Positions 11,986-23,725 are shown, numbered from the stretch's first letter. The stretch is 51,535 bases of DNA from Sanchytrium tribonematis (GCA_018985235.1 JADGIG010000013.1:1-51535), one strand, 5' to 3'. Numbers and translations: made by a program. The notes: generated from the letters alone by a model not told the origin.

Positions 11986-13765
11986 ATGACGAACAAAGAC
12001 GATCGCGAGACCCTCCAATTTATACAAGATCTCAAAATTCAAGTGCAAGATCTTTCTAAAAACAACTCCTGGCTAAGAAATCGCCTCAATTATTATAGAA
12101 AACAAAACGAAAACTTAACTAAGAATTCTGGTTATCAACATATACAGCCTAAAGTAGATTCAAATTTGAAAAGGAAAAAAGAATACGTATCTCTAATACA
12201 ATCAATGCATCCCAATGCCGTAGATATTCCAGTAGACAACAATGCTATTTCGCAAACTGACCTTCCTCTTGAAAATCCCATCAAAGAAAGCGCAGAGGTT
12301 TCAGCGGCTATGGTTTTGAAAGAAACTTTAAGCAATCAATTACATATTATCGAGGATTATGGTCATCAACTTGCTATTCTGCAATCTGAAAATGCCGTTT
12401 TAAAAGAAAGGCAGAAACAGGACGAGGAACTTATTGGGAAGTTGAAAGAAAAGGTAAAAGAGAGAAAGAATAACAAAAAAAGTAGTCAAAATATTGAAGC
12501 TTTCCAAAACAAAGATTTTAACGAGTTGGCAGAAAAAGATAAATGCATCGCAGACTTACGATCACAAATTCTGGAATTGGAAAAACAAAACAAAATTACT
12601 AAATCACAATCGAAAGAGATAGTTTCAAGTCTTAACGAGAAGTCTGGTGAAGTGGAGCTGCATAAAAATGAAGCCGAAGAATACTTAAAATTATTATCTG
12701 TACAAAAGCCATTTATGTCGCTTGTGCGAAAACACCAAGTTGAAAATGTTGAACAATTGAGCGACATTCTGAATCTTTTCTCATATTTAAGATCTAAGAA
12801 TCTTGATAAATTGGTATTTGAAAATCCCAAAAAATATATTGTTGAGCAAAATAAGGAAGAAATGGACACTATTCGCGAGTCTCTTATAGAAGAAAAATCT
12901 TATTCCGAAAAACTTCAGCTCGAATTAGAGGGATTAAACGCTCGCTATGAGGTCTTATCTAGAAAGTTAGTTTCCTCTGAACGAGAAATAGATCTTGGTC
13001 CTCATGGAAATAAAGTTTCAAATAATTTGATTATCAAGCTGGATAAGTTAATTGGGCTAGATTTAAGCGAAGTGGTACTTGCAATTTGTATACCCCAAGT
13101 TGAGCCGATATTAATAGATAAGCAAAGCACCTATGAAATCCCGATTTCTAATTTAAGGCAATTTTTTATCCAAGCTTTTGTAAAACCAATTGAGCTGCAC
13201 CTTTATAAAAGACGAAGCAACAAGTTAGAAAATACTTTGATTACGTAAATATCGTTAATTTAGCCCAATATTTATTGAAAAATGGATCTCGGAATGTTTA
13301 TCTACGGCTGATTATTTTGAAATAAAAGTCGTAGAGGATTGCTATTCCGTGGAATTAGCATTTAAGCTTGAGAATAATGCAGATTATCTAATAAGAACTC
13401 TATTGGCCGATTTAGCGTCCATCAAACCTCAAAGTGACAAGTTGTATCAAATAGAGGTGATTCCTGTCTATAATTGTGAAGAAATTAAGTTGATATTCGC
13501 AAATTCATTTGAAGTAACACTTGACAGATCGATCGACAGTGCTTCTCACAGCGTTACAATTCCAGGAAGTATTTTTACACTAATCAGTAGAGAAATTTTT
13601 GAAATTCATTGTAAAGCTGATTTACTGACTACAAATGTAACATTGTCAAATATCATTCATGAAGATTTGATTTTGAAGAGCTATAAAATACGATGTAGTC
13701 CTATAACCAAGATCTTGGTAGAGTCAAGGGAAAATATGGATTCTTCACAAAATCTCATTCAGTAA
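11986..13765 (+). CDS. Coiled-coil/C2 protein, probable shortened RPGRIP1L (fantom/MKS5) ciliary transition-zone protein, 2 exons, 586 aa
   Basis: IQDLKIQVQDLSKNNSWLRNRL..GYQHIQPKVDS resembles the RPGRIP1L N-terminal coil; long coiled coil then beta-rich region; 19-nt intron 13245-13263. Confidence 0.55.
13245..13263 (+). other. 19-nt intron GTAAATATCGTTAATTTAG
   Basis: Removal joins ORF 11986 to the frame of ORF 13349 (ENTLI-T-PIFIEKW). Confidence 0.88.
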
Positions 13766-14003
13766 ATTTTTTAGCCTCTATTATTTGATCCTTTTCGATG
13801 GTATAACAATCATTATCATCTTCTTCAAAAATTTTCAACAAATCGTTGCTCGAGTCAACTTTATAAAGAACGAAGTCCTCAAAAATACTTGTTGGCTTCT
13901 TTGGTAAATTGACAATCTTACGCAATTCTTCCTCAACTGGATATTGGCATTTCTTCACAGAAAATAAATATGTGCTGGAGAAGATAACAGATGCAAAAAT
14001 CAT
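13755..14003 (-). CDS. Small putative secreted protein, possible I9-type subtilisin inhibitor/propeptide-like
   Basis: Short hydrophobic N-terminus; YTIEKDQII resembles the I9 C-terminal Y-I-E-x-D motif. Confidence 0.4.
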   Translation of the reverse strand: MIFASVIFSSTYLFSVKKCQYPVEEELRKIVNLPKKPTSIFEDFVLYKVDSSNDLLKIFEEDDNDCYTIEKDQIIEAKKFTE

Positions 14004-14075
14004 TTGAAAAAGTGGGAGCTGTAAAGATTTTTAAATGGCTGTTGCCCAATCAACGAGTTTCTCCTTGAAAATCAA

Positions 14076-14579
14076 ATGGGCAATGATGGTGGGTCTATAC
14101 AAAAAAGGCGAGAAGTGGTCAAGGTAAAAGCTATAGAAAGATCCAAGAAAGACTCTGACAACTTAGAAGATTACTTAATCTGTGCAATATCAAGTCAAAA
14201 TTTACATGCCCCTATAATGAGCTGCAAATTGGGTAAATTATACAACAAAAATGCATTGATCCAATACATGATTGATAGAAAAGAGGGAACAAAAGATATT
14301 CAAGACGTGGCGAAACACATTAAAAGTTTAAAGCAAGTGAAATTGCTTCACTTGGATGACCCTTCTAATTTTGTTTGCCCACTAACGAATAAGAAATTCG
14401 GAAGAGGCGTATTTGTTTATCTTAATTGCGGTTGTGTGTTCTCAAAGCAGGAATTCAAAATTTGTCCCACTTGCAATATACCTGTAACTAAAATTACAAC
14501 GATCAATCCGCTAAATTTAGAAATTCAGCTTGAGTCAGCTAAGATTATTAAGAAAGCAATGAGACGCTCTGGAAAATGA
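14076..14579 (+). CDS. RTF2: Replication termination factor 2 (RING-like)
   Basis: MGNDGGSI start, CAIS..L..PIMSCKLGKLYNK, CGCVFS, CPTC. Confidence 0.9.
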   Translation: MGNDGGSIQKRREVVKVKAIERSKKDSDNLEDYLICAISSQNLHAPIMSCKLGKLYNKNALIQYMIDRKEGTKDIQDVAKHIKSLKQVKLLHLDDPSNFVCPLTNKKFGRGVFVYLNCGCVFSKQEFKICPTCNIPVTKITTINPLNLEIQLESAKIIKKAMRRSGK

Positions 14580-14588
14580 ATGAACAAT

Positions 14589-14945
14589 TTACTCTGGAAT
14601 AGACTCTAGATATACTAGCAATTCTTTCTTTCTATCTCGATGCCAGAGAATTGTCAACCCTCTGATTAGTTTCATAATGTCTATTTTCCTCGATATCTGG
14701 GCAAGTAGCCGAGCCGTTTGTTTAACTGTATATTGTCTGGTGCAGAACCTAATAACTGCTATTTGTCTTGTTGAGTCGTAATCACAAATCATTGAGTCCA
14801 AGTATCTGGCTACACTGGTTAAATGTTTAGGATTTTGCACCCACGAACCAAAACCTGATTTATATTTTTTATCCATTTTATATAGCGTGTACTGTATTTC
14901 TTCCTCGATCAGGTGGAGTTTTGTAAGCAAATCTGCAGCAGACAT
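14589..14945 (-). CDS. Hypothetical protein (118 aa)
   Basis: ORF fills gap between RTF2 and ERV41; no family recognised. Confidence 0.55.
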   Translation of the reverse strand: MSAADLLTKLHLIEEEIQYTLYKMDKKYKSGFGSWVQNPKHLTSVARYLDSMICDYDSTRQIAVIRFCTRQYTVKQTARLLAQISRKIDIMKLIRGLTILWHRDRKKELLVYLESIPE

Positions 14946-15142
14946 TGCCAAATTTTAAATAAAATGTTTGAGCTCGAGACGTTCCAACGACGATCTGATC
15001 ACTCAATTCTTTTTCGCACTTTGACTTAAAAAATTATTGCAAAGAACATTAGGCTACATTTTTGAAAATAAATCTATAATATTCTAACTTTCCATTATTA
15101 CGAATGGCTAGCCTTATTGGAAAATTTAAAATTTTGAAACCA

Positions 15143-16167
15143 ATGTTGAGAAAAAGAAGCAGAGCCGCTCATACTTTTGATGACTCAAAATTCAAAAAGT
15201 TCGACGCTTTCTCAAAGCCTGCTGAAGAGGTCAAAAGAAGCACTCAGACCACAAGGTCAGTGTCCTGGATGGTTAGTAGTTTTCTAATTTTGGTTGTTTT
15301 TGCAGAAATATATCACTACTTGAATCCTATTCAAATACAAGACTTCACAGTCGACACAGATATTAGCACTCGAAATGATCTCAAGATAAATTTGGATATA
15401 TTCCTAGCAATGCCTTGTGACGATCTATCAATTGACATTTTAGATGAAAGTGACACCCTTTACAGAGCCAATGGGGCATTCCACAAGAAGTCAGCAGAAT
15501 CTTTAATCGATTATGATCAGAGGTCTGAAAAACAAGAATATAAGCCAGGACAGGCTATCAAGCAAGCTTATAAGCAGCAAAAAAGAAGTGTCCAAGGTGA
15601 AAAAGTTAGTGGTTGTCAAGTATACGGCACTATCGAACTACCCAAATTGCACGGAAATTTGCACGTAACTCCTTCTGGGCATCTACATTCAGGTAAGCAT
15701 GCGAATCATGACACTATGAATCTTACACATAAAATAACTAATTTAAATTTTGGAGAAAATTATCCAGGACTTGTGAATCCACTTAATGATGTCAAAAAAG
15801 TTGCTACAGGACATTTTTGGAATTACAGATATTATATACACATTGTTCCGACCACATATATAAGTAATTTATTTTTAATTAAGATTCTTGGGGCACTCAG
15901 TTGAGAACGTTCCAATATTCAGTTTCTGAGTATGAACTTGAGATTTCGGATGAAAATCGTCGCGCACCTGGTATATTTTTCAAGTACAACATCGCTGAAT
16001 TTCACAATACAATCCGAGATCATTCAAAAGGGTTTGGTGGATTTATGCTCCGTCTTTGCGCAATCATTGGTGGTGTGTTTTCATCCACAAAAATGGTGAT
16101 GGCTGTGGCAAGTATGATAACAACGGTCAAGTCTTCACATTCAGGCTCTTCTGGAAAACTGGACTAA
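15143..16167 (+). CDS. ERV41: ER-derived vesicle protein Erv41/ERGIC2 family, 2 exons
   Basis: [54 protein letters not shown]; 20-nt intron 15864-15883; alternative start 15104. Confidence 0.85.
15864..15883 (+). other. 20-nt intron GTAATTTATTTTTAATTAAG (AAG acceptor)
   Basis: Removal gives [20 protein letters not shown]. Confidence 0.85.
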
Positions 16168-16208
16168 TAAATTATCTTGTATTTGTAAAGGAGATTTTGA
16201 CACAACCA

Positions 16209-17766
16209 ATGGAAGACGCACCTGATAGTGATTTGAAGAAAAAAATCTTGCAACAATACGAAGATCAAAGCGAAGAGGAAATCGAAGAGGATGAGGTAGA
16301 TGAGCAAGTTAAAAAAGTAAAATTTAATTTGCCGGATAAGGAGCACAATGTTAATAATATTGCTTCTGCAATTCATTCAGCTTCTAAAGGTCTGTCTGAT
16401 CAAACAGAAATATCACAATTAGATAATTCAAAAATATTCACCGATACTCCTGAGGTGATTTCGAGGCAAGCAACCGTCAATATTGGTACTATTGGGCATG
16501 TGGCCCACGGTAAAAGTACTGTAGTGAAAGCAATATCTGGAGTGAAAACTGTTCGATTTAAAAATGAGATGGAGAGAAATATTACCATCAAACTAGGATA
16601 CGCAAATGCCAAGATATATAGATGTCCTAATTGCCCTGAACCAGATTGTTATCAGAGCTATAGCTCTTCTACTGAAGATCAACCTCCATGTAAACATTGT
16701 GATGAACTTTTAAAGCTTGAAAAGCACATAAGTTTTGTTGACTGTCCGGGTCACGATATCTTAATGGCAACAATGTAAAAAATTTTAATTTAGGTTGAAT
16801 GGAGCGGCAGTCATGGACGCAGCATTTCTTTTAATTGCCGCTAATGAAAAATGTCCCCAGCCTCAAACTTCAGAGCATTTGGCGGCTGTCGAAATAATGA
16901 AATTACAAAATATTATTATATTACAAAACAAAGTGGATCTTGTCAAAGAAGAAGATGTCAAATCACAATATAACGACATTAAGGAATTTGTCAAAGGTAC
17001 TTGTGCAAATGGCTCACCAGTTATCCCAATTTCTGCTCAATTGAAATATAATGTAGATGCAGTTAATGAATGCATTCTGAAGTATGTTCCGATGCCTAAA
17101 AGAGATTTGGTGTCGCCTGCTAAAATGATTGTCATCCGAAGTTTCGACGTAAACAAACCTGGAACCGATGTAGAAAATGTTGTTGGTGGAATTGCTGGAG
17201 GAAGCATACTGTGCGGCATACTTAGAATTGGAGACGAGATTGAAGTCTTACCAGGACGTCAATGGAAAGATGAACAAGGAAATACACAATGTACGCCTAT
17301 CAAATCCAAAATTGTCAGTCTTTTTGCTGAAAGCAATTCTTTGCAATTGGCAGTTCCTGGAGGTTTGATTGGAGTGGGTACAAAAATAGACCCTTCGCTG
17401 TGTAGAGCAGATAGGCTTATCGGAAATGTTCTGGGCCACGTTGGTCATCTTCCAAAAGTTTATTTAGAGATTGAAATACAATTCTTTCTGCTAAGGCGTT
17501 TATTAGGAGTACAAAATGTGGACGGAAACCAAACCAAAGTACAGAAACTAGTAAAAAAAGAACTTTTAATGGTAAATATTGGATCTACCAGCACTGGGGG
17601 CAAAGTAACAAGTATTAAAGACGATATGGCAAAAATGGCTTTGACTCAACCTGTTTGCGCAGAAATCGGTGAACGCATAGCTCTCAGCAGAAAAATAGAC
17701 AAACATTGGAGATTAATTGGTTGGGCTACCATACTTAATGGTCAAATACTTGAACCGAAGCAATAA
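16209..17766 (+). CDS. GCD11: Translation initiation factor eIF2 gamma, 2 exons, 512 aa
   Basis: [31 protein letters not shown]; 19-nt intron 16775-16793. Confidence 0.98.
16775..16793 (+). other. 19-nt intron GTAAAAAATTTTAATTTAG
   Basis: Removal restores invariant [15 protein letters not shown] exactly. Confidence 0.96.
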
Positions 17767-17796
17767 ATATTTTGATCAAGGAGTTTTTTTTATAAA

Positions 17797-18153
17797 ATGA
17801 ATTACAAAACATATTCTCATATTTCTATCAAAAAAATTCACTCTTTAAAGTATGATATTATTGGCAAATGCTTTAGCGATAACTTGACGGAATTTAAATC
17901 ATTAAGAATATTTGCTTTTGTAGTGAGTTGCGTCGAAAAGAAAAAATATTTCATGCTTGAATTAGAAGATGGCACAGGCATTCTATCTGGAATGTTGTGG
18001 ATAGATAGGGTTGACACAATCCCACTTCAATTCAATAGCTACATGTTTACAGGAAATCTTGAATATTATGATAAAAGGCAGTTGCAAATTACAGACATCA
18101 TTAAAATAAAAACTGACCAAGTTTGGGAACAAACATATAGACTACTACAGTAG
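17797..18153 (+). CDS. Single OB-fold protein, Stn1/RPA32-like
   Basis: FMLELEDGTGILSGMLW..TGNLEYYDKRQLQIT pattern. Confidence 0.65.
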   Translation: MNYKTYSHISIKKIHSLKYDIIGKCFSDNLTEFKSLRIFAFVVSCVEKKKYFMLELEDGTGILSGMLWIDRVDTIPLQFNSYMFTGNLEYYDKRQLQITDIIKIKTDQVWEQTYRLLQ

Positions 18154-18194
18154 TTTATTATTAAAGATTTCGCTTGTCTTTGACTGGCCAAATG

Positions 18195-21100
18195 TTAATG
18201 AGAATCGTATAGCAACTCCCTGGTTTTTTTGCTTAAAAATGGAAATAAATTTCTTTCACCAACCAAACTTGCCAAAAAATTGCAGCCACCCAACAAAAGC
18301 AATAACAGCTTGAATAGAAACGGAGTGTATTCAAGTTCCATAAATGTTGTAATTGATGGAATTATTCCCATTGCCAAAATAGTTGTGCATATGACTAAAA
18401 TCAAAAATGTTATAATAAAATGCGTATTTCTGCTCAAAGGAGCTCTGTATGGTGGTCCGATTGAATACACATATGCCAAAATAATATACTGGAAAGAGCT
18501 AACTATGAATAAAACAGTGTTTTCATAGCACTTGAATCTTTCGCTTTCGACATCTGTATCAGGAGGAGTGTAGAATTTTTGGTGCTGCACCAGCACGAAG
18601 ACAATAATTAAAAAGCAAAGTTGCACCAAAATCTGTCCGAATAAAGATGAGAGGACTTTGCCACTTAACAAATTTGCAGTCGGTTTTTTTGGATGTAAAT
18701 GTTTATATGGCCCAGAGTGCGCCATCGTTATTGCAAGTGGTAATATGAGGATCAAGTCAACGTATAGAAATTGGTAGTCGCCCAGATTACTGCCAACATG
18801 ATATAGCATTGTAACAGATAAAAATTGAATTAAGGAGTACATGGCCATATATTTAAAGCAACTAAAGCTAGTGACTAAGGCTGCCCGACCTTCTCTCATT
18901 AAGCTGATAACACAGTCTATTTCAAAATTTTTTGAAGTAAAAGGAGCCGCAATACTTGCCTCAGCCTCAGACAAACTTAATCCTACGTCGCTTGCTTTCA
19001 AGGCACCACAATCATTTGCTCCATCTCCAACAAAGCCAACCGTATTATCAAACTTTTGAAGCCTTTCTACTAAATCTTGCTTTTGATCAGGACTCATCCG
19101 TGCAAAAATTTTACATTTTGATAGAAACATTTCATGTAAATGCACTGGCTGATTTTCTAATATATGCTCAAAACAATCACCATCCATGGCAAAACAGTAT
19201 TGAACGTCTTTTAGCAATTGCCTAGTTTTAAGTAAATGAAGTTGTTGAAGCTTCAAATTCCTCATAAACTGAGCAGAAAAATGAAATGTATTAGATCCAA
19301 GAATGTGAGATAAATCTTCGGTGGCTTCAATTTCTATTTCGTAGTCAGAATTGAGCTTTATAATAGGAACATCTAATGAACGCCATTGATACTCTCCATT
19401 TAATAAGAATGGAACAAATAATAAAAAGTTCGACCCAGACCCAAGACCTTCAATCTTTTCTTCCAAAATTCCCAAGGAATTTAATAAATTACTTGGAGAT
19501 GGAGAGGGATTGACTGTTGGATAGCTTGTGTCACTTGATGAAGAAGACATGAAACTCTGTTGTCTTGTTTTCATCGATTGTCTCTTTAAATTTAAGCCAA
19601 AAGAGCCTGATGGGAGTATTTCATCGTTCATATTTACATAGCCCTCTTCTTGTGGAAAAAGGTTATCATACACAAGAACATCTTTGATCGCAACGCTTTC
19701 CCTTCTAATCTTGCTTACCACTTCAGGACTAGGTGGAAGTAAGCCACACTCTCTTCCCACGCTTATCGCTGTTAGTATATTGTCGCCAGTACACATGCCC
19801 ATATGTATTCTTGCTGCATTCAAGGTTTCAATCGCCCTTGTAGTACCTTTTTTGAGTCTATTTTCGAAAATTAAAAATCCTGTGAAAACTAAATTTGTCT
19901 CGAGTTCCTGCCTCGTCAAATTAAAATCGCTACCCAAAACTTTTCGAATACCGCATGCTATTACTCTAAAACCATTATGGCTGCATTCGCTTAACAATTC
20001 GTTGAAGTCTGAAGGAACTATGTGAAAATTTAATACGACTATTGGAAATACTAATTTGCTTAATAACTTCTGGAGCTCCTTTTGTGCAAATATAAAAACT
20101 TTCGCCAATTTTTACAATGACGCTCATTCGTCTCAATGAAGCGTCAAAGTCGAAAACTTGATGTATTACTATTTCCTTACTATCTAACAATACGCAATCA
20201 TTTTCCAATTTAGCGCCTGTAAAGTTATACATTTCGACTTCCAGAGGGTCTCCTAACAAATGAGATTGAACGGATTTCAACGAATGACAGGAGGCCATAC
20301 ACAATAGCAAAGGATTTATACGTTCCTCTTGTAAACTTTTCAAAGTGGAAAGCCAGCCGTCGAGATATATTGTAGTCAACTGGTGGTTTAGAAGCTCGCT
20401 CTTTTCCTCTGCGACAATTGTATCAAATCGCGTTTGAATTACTCCATTTTTCTCTTTTGTAATACTTTCTTGTGCGCCTAGAAGCTTAAGACCTTCAACC
20501 GTCAACGTACCAGTTTTATCAAACAATACAATATTTAGCTGTCCGGCGACATTGATTCGATTAGGCGAAATGCAAAAAATGTTTTTTTTTCTAAGACGCG
20601 CTAGAGCAAATGAGATACCGATGGACATTGTAGCTGGTAAAGCTGGAGGAACTGTGATAGTGACTAAGTCAAGGCCTCGTAAAAATATTACGAACCATGT
20701 TTCTCCTCGACGAATAAAACTAATTGTAGTATAAATGAAGCCCAAAAAAGCCACGCATGCCATAATGCCGATAAATTTAAAAGAATCCTCGTAAAATTTG
20801 AACTTGTGAGGTTTTGGATGCAACATGGATCGTACAAGAATGCCTTTGGTAGTCTGAAAGCCAGTTCTAATGGCCATAGCCAATGGTTCTGAATATTTCT
20901 CTCCCGTTTTCAATCCTTGTCCTTGAATAATCTTTGTGCCGGAGAATAAACAGTGCTTCAAATATTTAGTCTCTATTGTACCTTTGTCGATTTTAATACT
21001 CGTCAAGAAGTTACGAAGTGCGGCGACGTTGTTTGTTTTGCCCAAAATACCAACTTTAGATACAGGTATGCTTTCACCGGTTAGTGCTGACTCGTTGATA

Positions 21101-22194
21101 ACGCAATCCCCATTAAGCAGGACCGAATCACATGGAGGTACCGCATTAGCATCGGGATGAAAAGTACTGTAAGGTAAAGGAATTTTATAAATATCGCCTT
21201 GCACTAGATCTTCGCTCTGTATAACTTTCCAAATGCCTTCTCTTAAAACGTTAACTTTACACGTAAATCGACTCAAATCTTCCAATCTCTTGTAATTTCT
21301 CCTCGTATCCATTAAATTTTGTACGCTACTTAGAAATGAAATTATAAAAATACAGCCAGCGTAAAAATAATAATTATCCAACAACCATACTCCAATTGAA
21401 AACAATTGAAAAATATAAAAAGGATGAAGTATTTCTCTGATTAGCAATTCCACGGTAGAAGGATTAGGAATATCAAGATTATTTTCGCCCAAAATGTAAT
21501 GTCGATCTTTTGCTGTTCCTGAATCCAGTCCATTAAGTATGGACTTTTCCAAAGAAGACTTGTCTAGATGCCTTTTTAACGTTTCGGTGTCGTAAGACAA
21601 ATTTGTCCAATTCCAATCTTTGTAAGTATTAAGTGGGACCAATTTGTAGTCTAAAATATCAAATACATAACGACAGGAGCGATAATTAAATGAAAGCAAA
21701 GAAATTAAATTAAAGCTGTTTTTCTCAATGCTTTTCAGAAAGAATGAATGAGTCGCAGACACAGGTAATGCGTTTCCGACAAATCCGTTGTAAGGAATAT
21801 CAATCAAAGGGATAAGTTGTTTCTCATTCCAATTGCTTTGAACAAATACATATAGTTGATATTTAAATTTCAATTCATGCAATGATGAAATAAATAAATA
21901 ATTTCTCGAATTTTCATATACTGATATGCTGTCCGAACCGCTGGAACTATTGCTACCATTCTTGATAGGTTTATTTAACAAAATGTTGGTGAAAAATGTG
22001 ACATATATTTGAGGAAGCCAGTAGCTTAAGAGATAAAACAATCCAAATGTTGATATTCCTACAACATGATACATAAGTCGCAATCTACCAGAAGTCGCAT
22101 GAATAGTGAATTTTACATTAAGTTCACCGTCCTCTAGAGTTTGAAGCTGAACAAATGGATCCAATCTATTCAAACTGGCATACGAATCAATCAT
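18195..22194 (-). CDS. YPK9: P5B-type ATPase (Ypk9/ATP13A2-like), 2 exons, ~1326 aa
   Basis: PPALP, DKTGTLT, LTGES, KGAPE, TGDN, GDGANDCGALK; 19-nt intron 20018-20036. Confidence 0.93.
20018..20036 (-). other. 19-nt intron GTATTAAATTTTCACATAG
   Basis: Removal gives SNS-L-PSDFNELL..GFRVIA. Confidence 0.9.
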
Positions 22195-22225
22195 TTAGTT
22201 TCCAATGTTTCAAACAACTCCAATT

Positions 22226-23437
22226 TTAGTATTTATTTTTGCAACGTATCTTTAGCATTGTACTGGAATGAGGTTGTAAAGTGACTGAATGGGAAACCGC
22301 TATTTCGAAATCAAACTCTTCCAGAGAGACCAAATCTTTAACAGTGATATCTAAGCAGCGCATCCAGGTCAAGAGCAAAAAGTTTGTCTTAATTTTTTTA
22401 AGAGAGTTTGTTCTATTGACTATTACAACAACGCTTCCGTCAACCAATTGGCCACCCCAGATATCATATTGAATACTTCCGATTAAATTGCGGACTCGGT
22501 GAAGCAAATGTGCAGATTTACCTAGCGGGTCCTGATTCACTTTGATAACTTCCTCGAGCTGTAACAGGTTAAGATCCTCGTCGGAAATTGTCGCTAGATC
22601 AGCCCCGATTATTAAAGGTGATTTTAATGCTGCCCACAAAATAAAATGGGTTTTATATTGATCATATGACATACCGCCATTTCCCACTTCTAGCATATCC
22701 ATGTCGTTAAAAAATCCTGGTTTGCCAAATTTAGTTATAGAAACTTGTTTGTCTAGAATATTTAGAACGGAGCACTTGTACCCAAATACTTTGCAATTAG
22801 TTGTAGTGCAAGGGCATCTAATGTCAAATCCTTTAAATCTGTCTCCAATATCTGCTGTTGATCTAAATGTGTTTGCTATATTTTCTGCCCAGTTCCAGGG
22901 CTGTTGCTCACCCCAATTACACATTGAATATAAAATAGTACGGTTTTGATTTGCTAATGCTTGGCTCATTGCTGTATATCGTCTGACAGATGCTTCTTTG
23001 CTACTTAATCCTTTATTGAAACAATTGTCGTATTTCAAAAGGTCGACTCCAAATGCAGCAAAAAGTTCTGCGTCTTTTTCTTCGTTATCTAGACTTCCTT
23101 CTCGTTTTTGACATGTTGAGGTTCCGGCAGAGGAATAAATTCCAAATTTGAGACCTTTTGAGTGTATGTAGTCTCCCAAACTCTTCATACCATTAGGAAA
23201 TCGTTTAGAATCTGTAATAAGATAACCATGGTCTCGACCTGAAGTCATCCAACAATCATCAATATTGACGTAAACATAACCGAGTTTGTCGAGCCCAAAT
23301 TCTACAATCTTATCGGCTTGTGTTTTAATTATTGTTTCGTTGATATCACACCCAAACTTATTCCAACTGTTCCAACCCATAAATGGCGTTAAACCCACTC
23401 CATTTTCAAGTCCTAGCCCTAATCCTATGAATAGCAT
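22226..23437 (-). CDS. Alpha-galactosidase, GH27
   Basis: TPFMGWNSWN, NIDDCW, LKYDNC, FNDMDMLEVGN, KSPLIIG. Confidence 0.95.
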   Translation of the reverse strand: MLFIGLGLGLENGVGLTPFMGWNSWNKFGCDINETIIKTQADKIVEFGLDKLGYVYVNIDDCWMTSGRDHGYLITDSKRFPNGMKSLGDYIHSKGLKFGIYSSAGTSTCQKREGSLDNEEKDAELFAAFGVDLLKYDNCFNKGLSSKEASVRRYTAMSQALANQNRTILYSMCNWGEQQPWNWAENIANTFRSTADIGDRFKGFDIRCPCTTTNCKVFGYKCSVLNILDKQVSITKFGKPGFFNDMDMLEVGNGGMSYDQYKTHFILWAALKSPLIIGADLATISDEDLNLLQLEEVIKVNQDPLGKSAHLLHRVRNLIGSIQYDIWGGQLVDGSVVVIVNRTNSLKKIKTNFLLLTWMRCLDITVKDLVSLEEFDFEIAVSHSVTLQPHSSTMLKIRCKNKY

Positions 23438-23664
23438 TACAAAATTGAGGTGCCCTTTTTGGTATAAATATGGGGGTGGCTAAAATCTTGGCGATTCAAC
23501 ACCGTAAATTTTTTAAAAATTCCTCAAAACACATGAATTTATATTACTCGAACCATTGGGTATTCTTAAACCTTTGAACGCACATTTTGAACTATTTTTC
23601 CCAGTGTAAGTATGAACGTCATCTTCGTTGAAATCTAGACTAACGAAAAACCATATTTTTAAAT

Positions 23665-23676
23665 TTGATTGGCTAA
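23665..23676 (-). promoter_or_regulatory. CCAAT box (TTAGCCAATCAA) upstream of the SEL1-repeat gene
   Basis: Matches NF-Y/HAP consensus AGCCAATCA; recurs at 27830 and 41918. Confidence 0.5.
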
Positions 23677-23725
23677 ATACTTATTTACATTGATTCTTAA
23701 AATACATTGCTCATTTTTAGGATTG

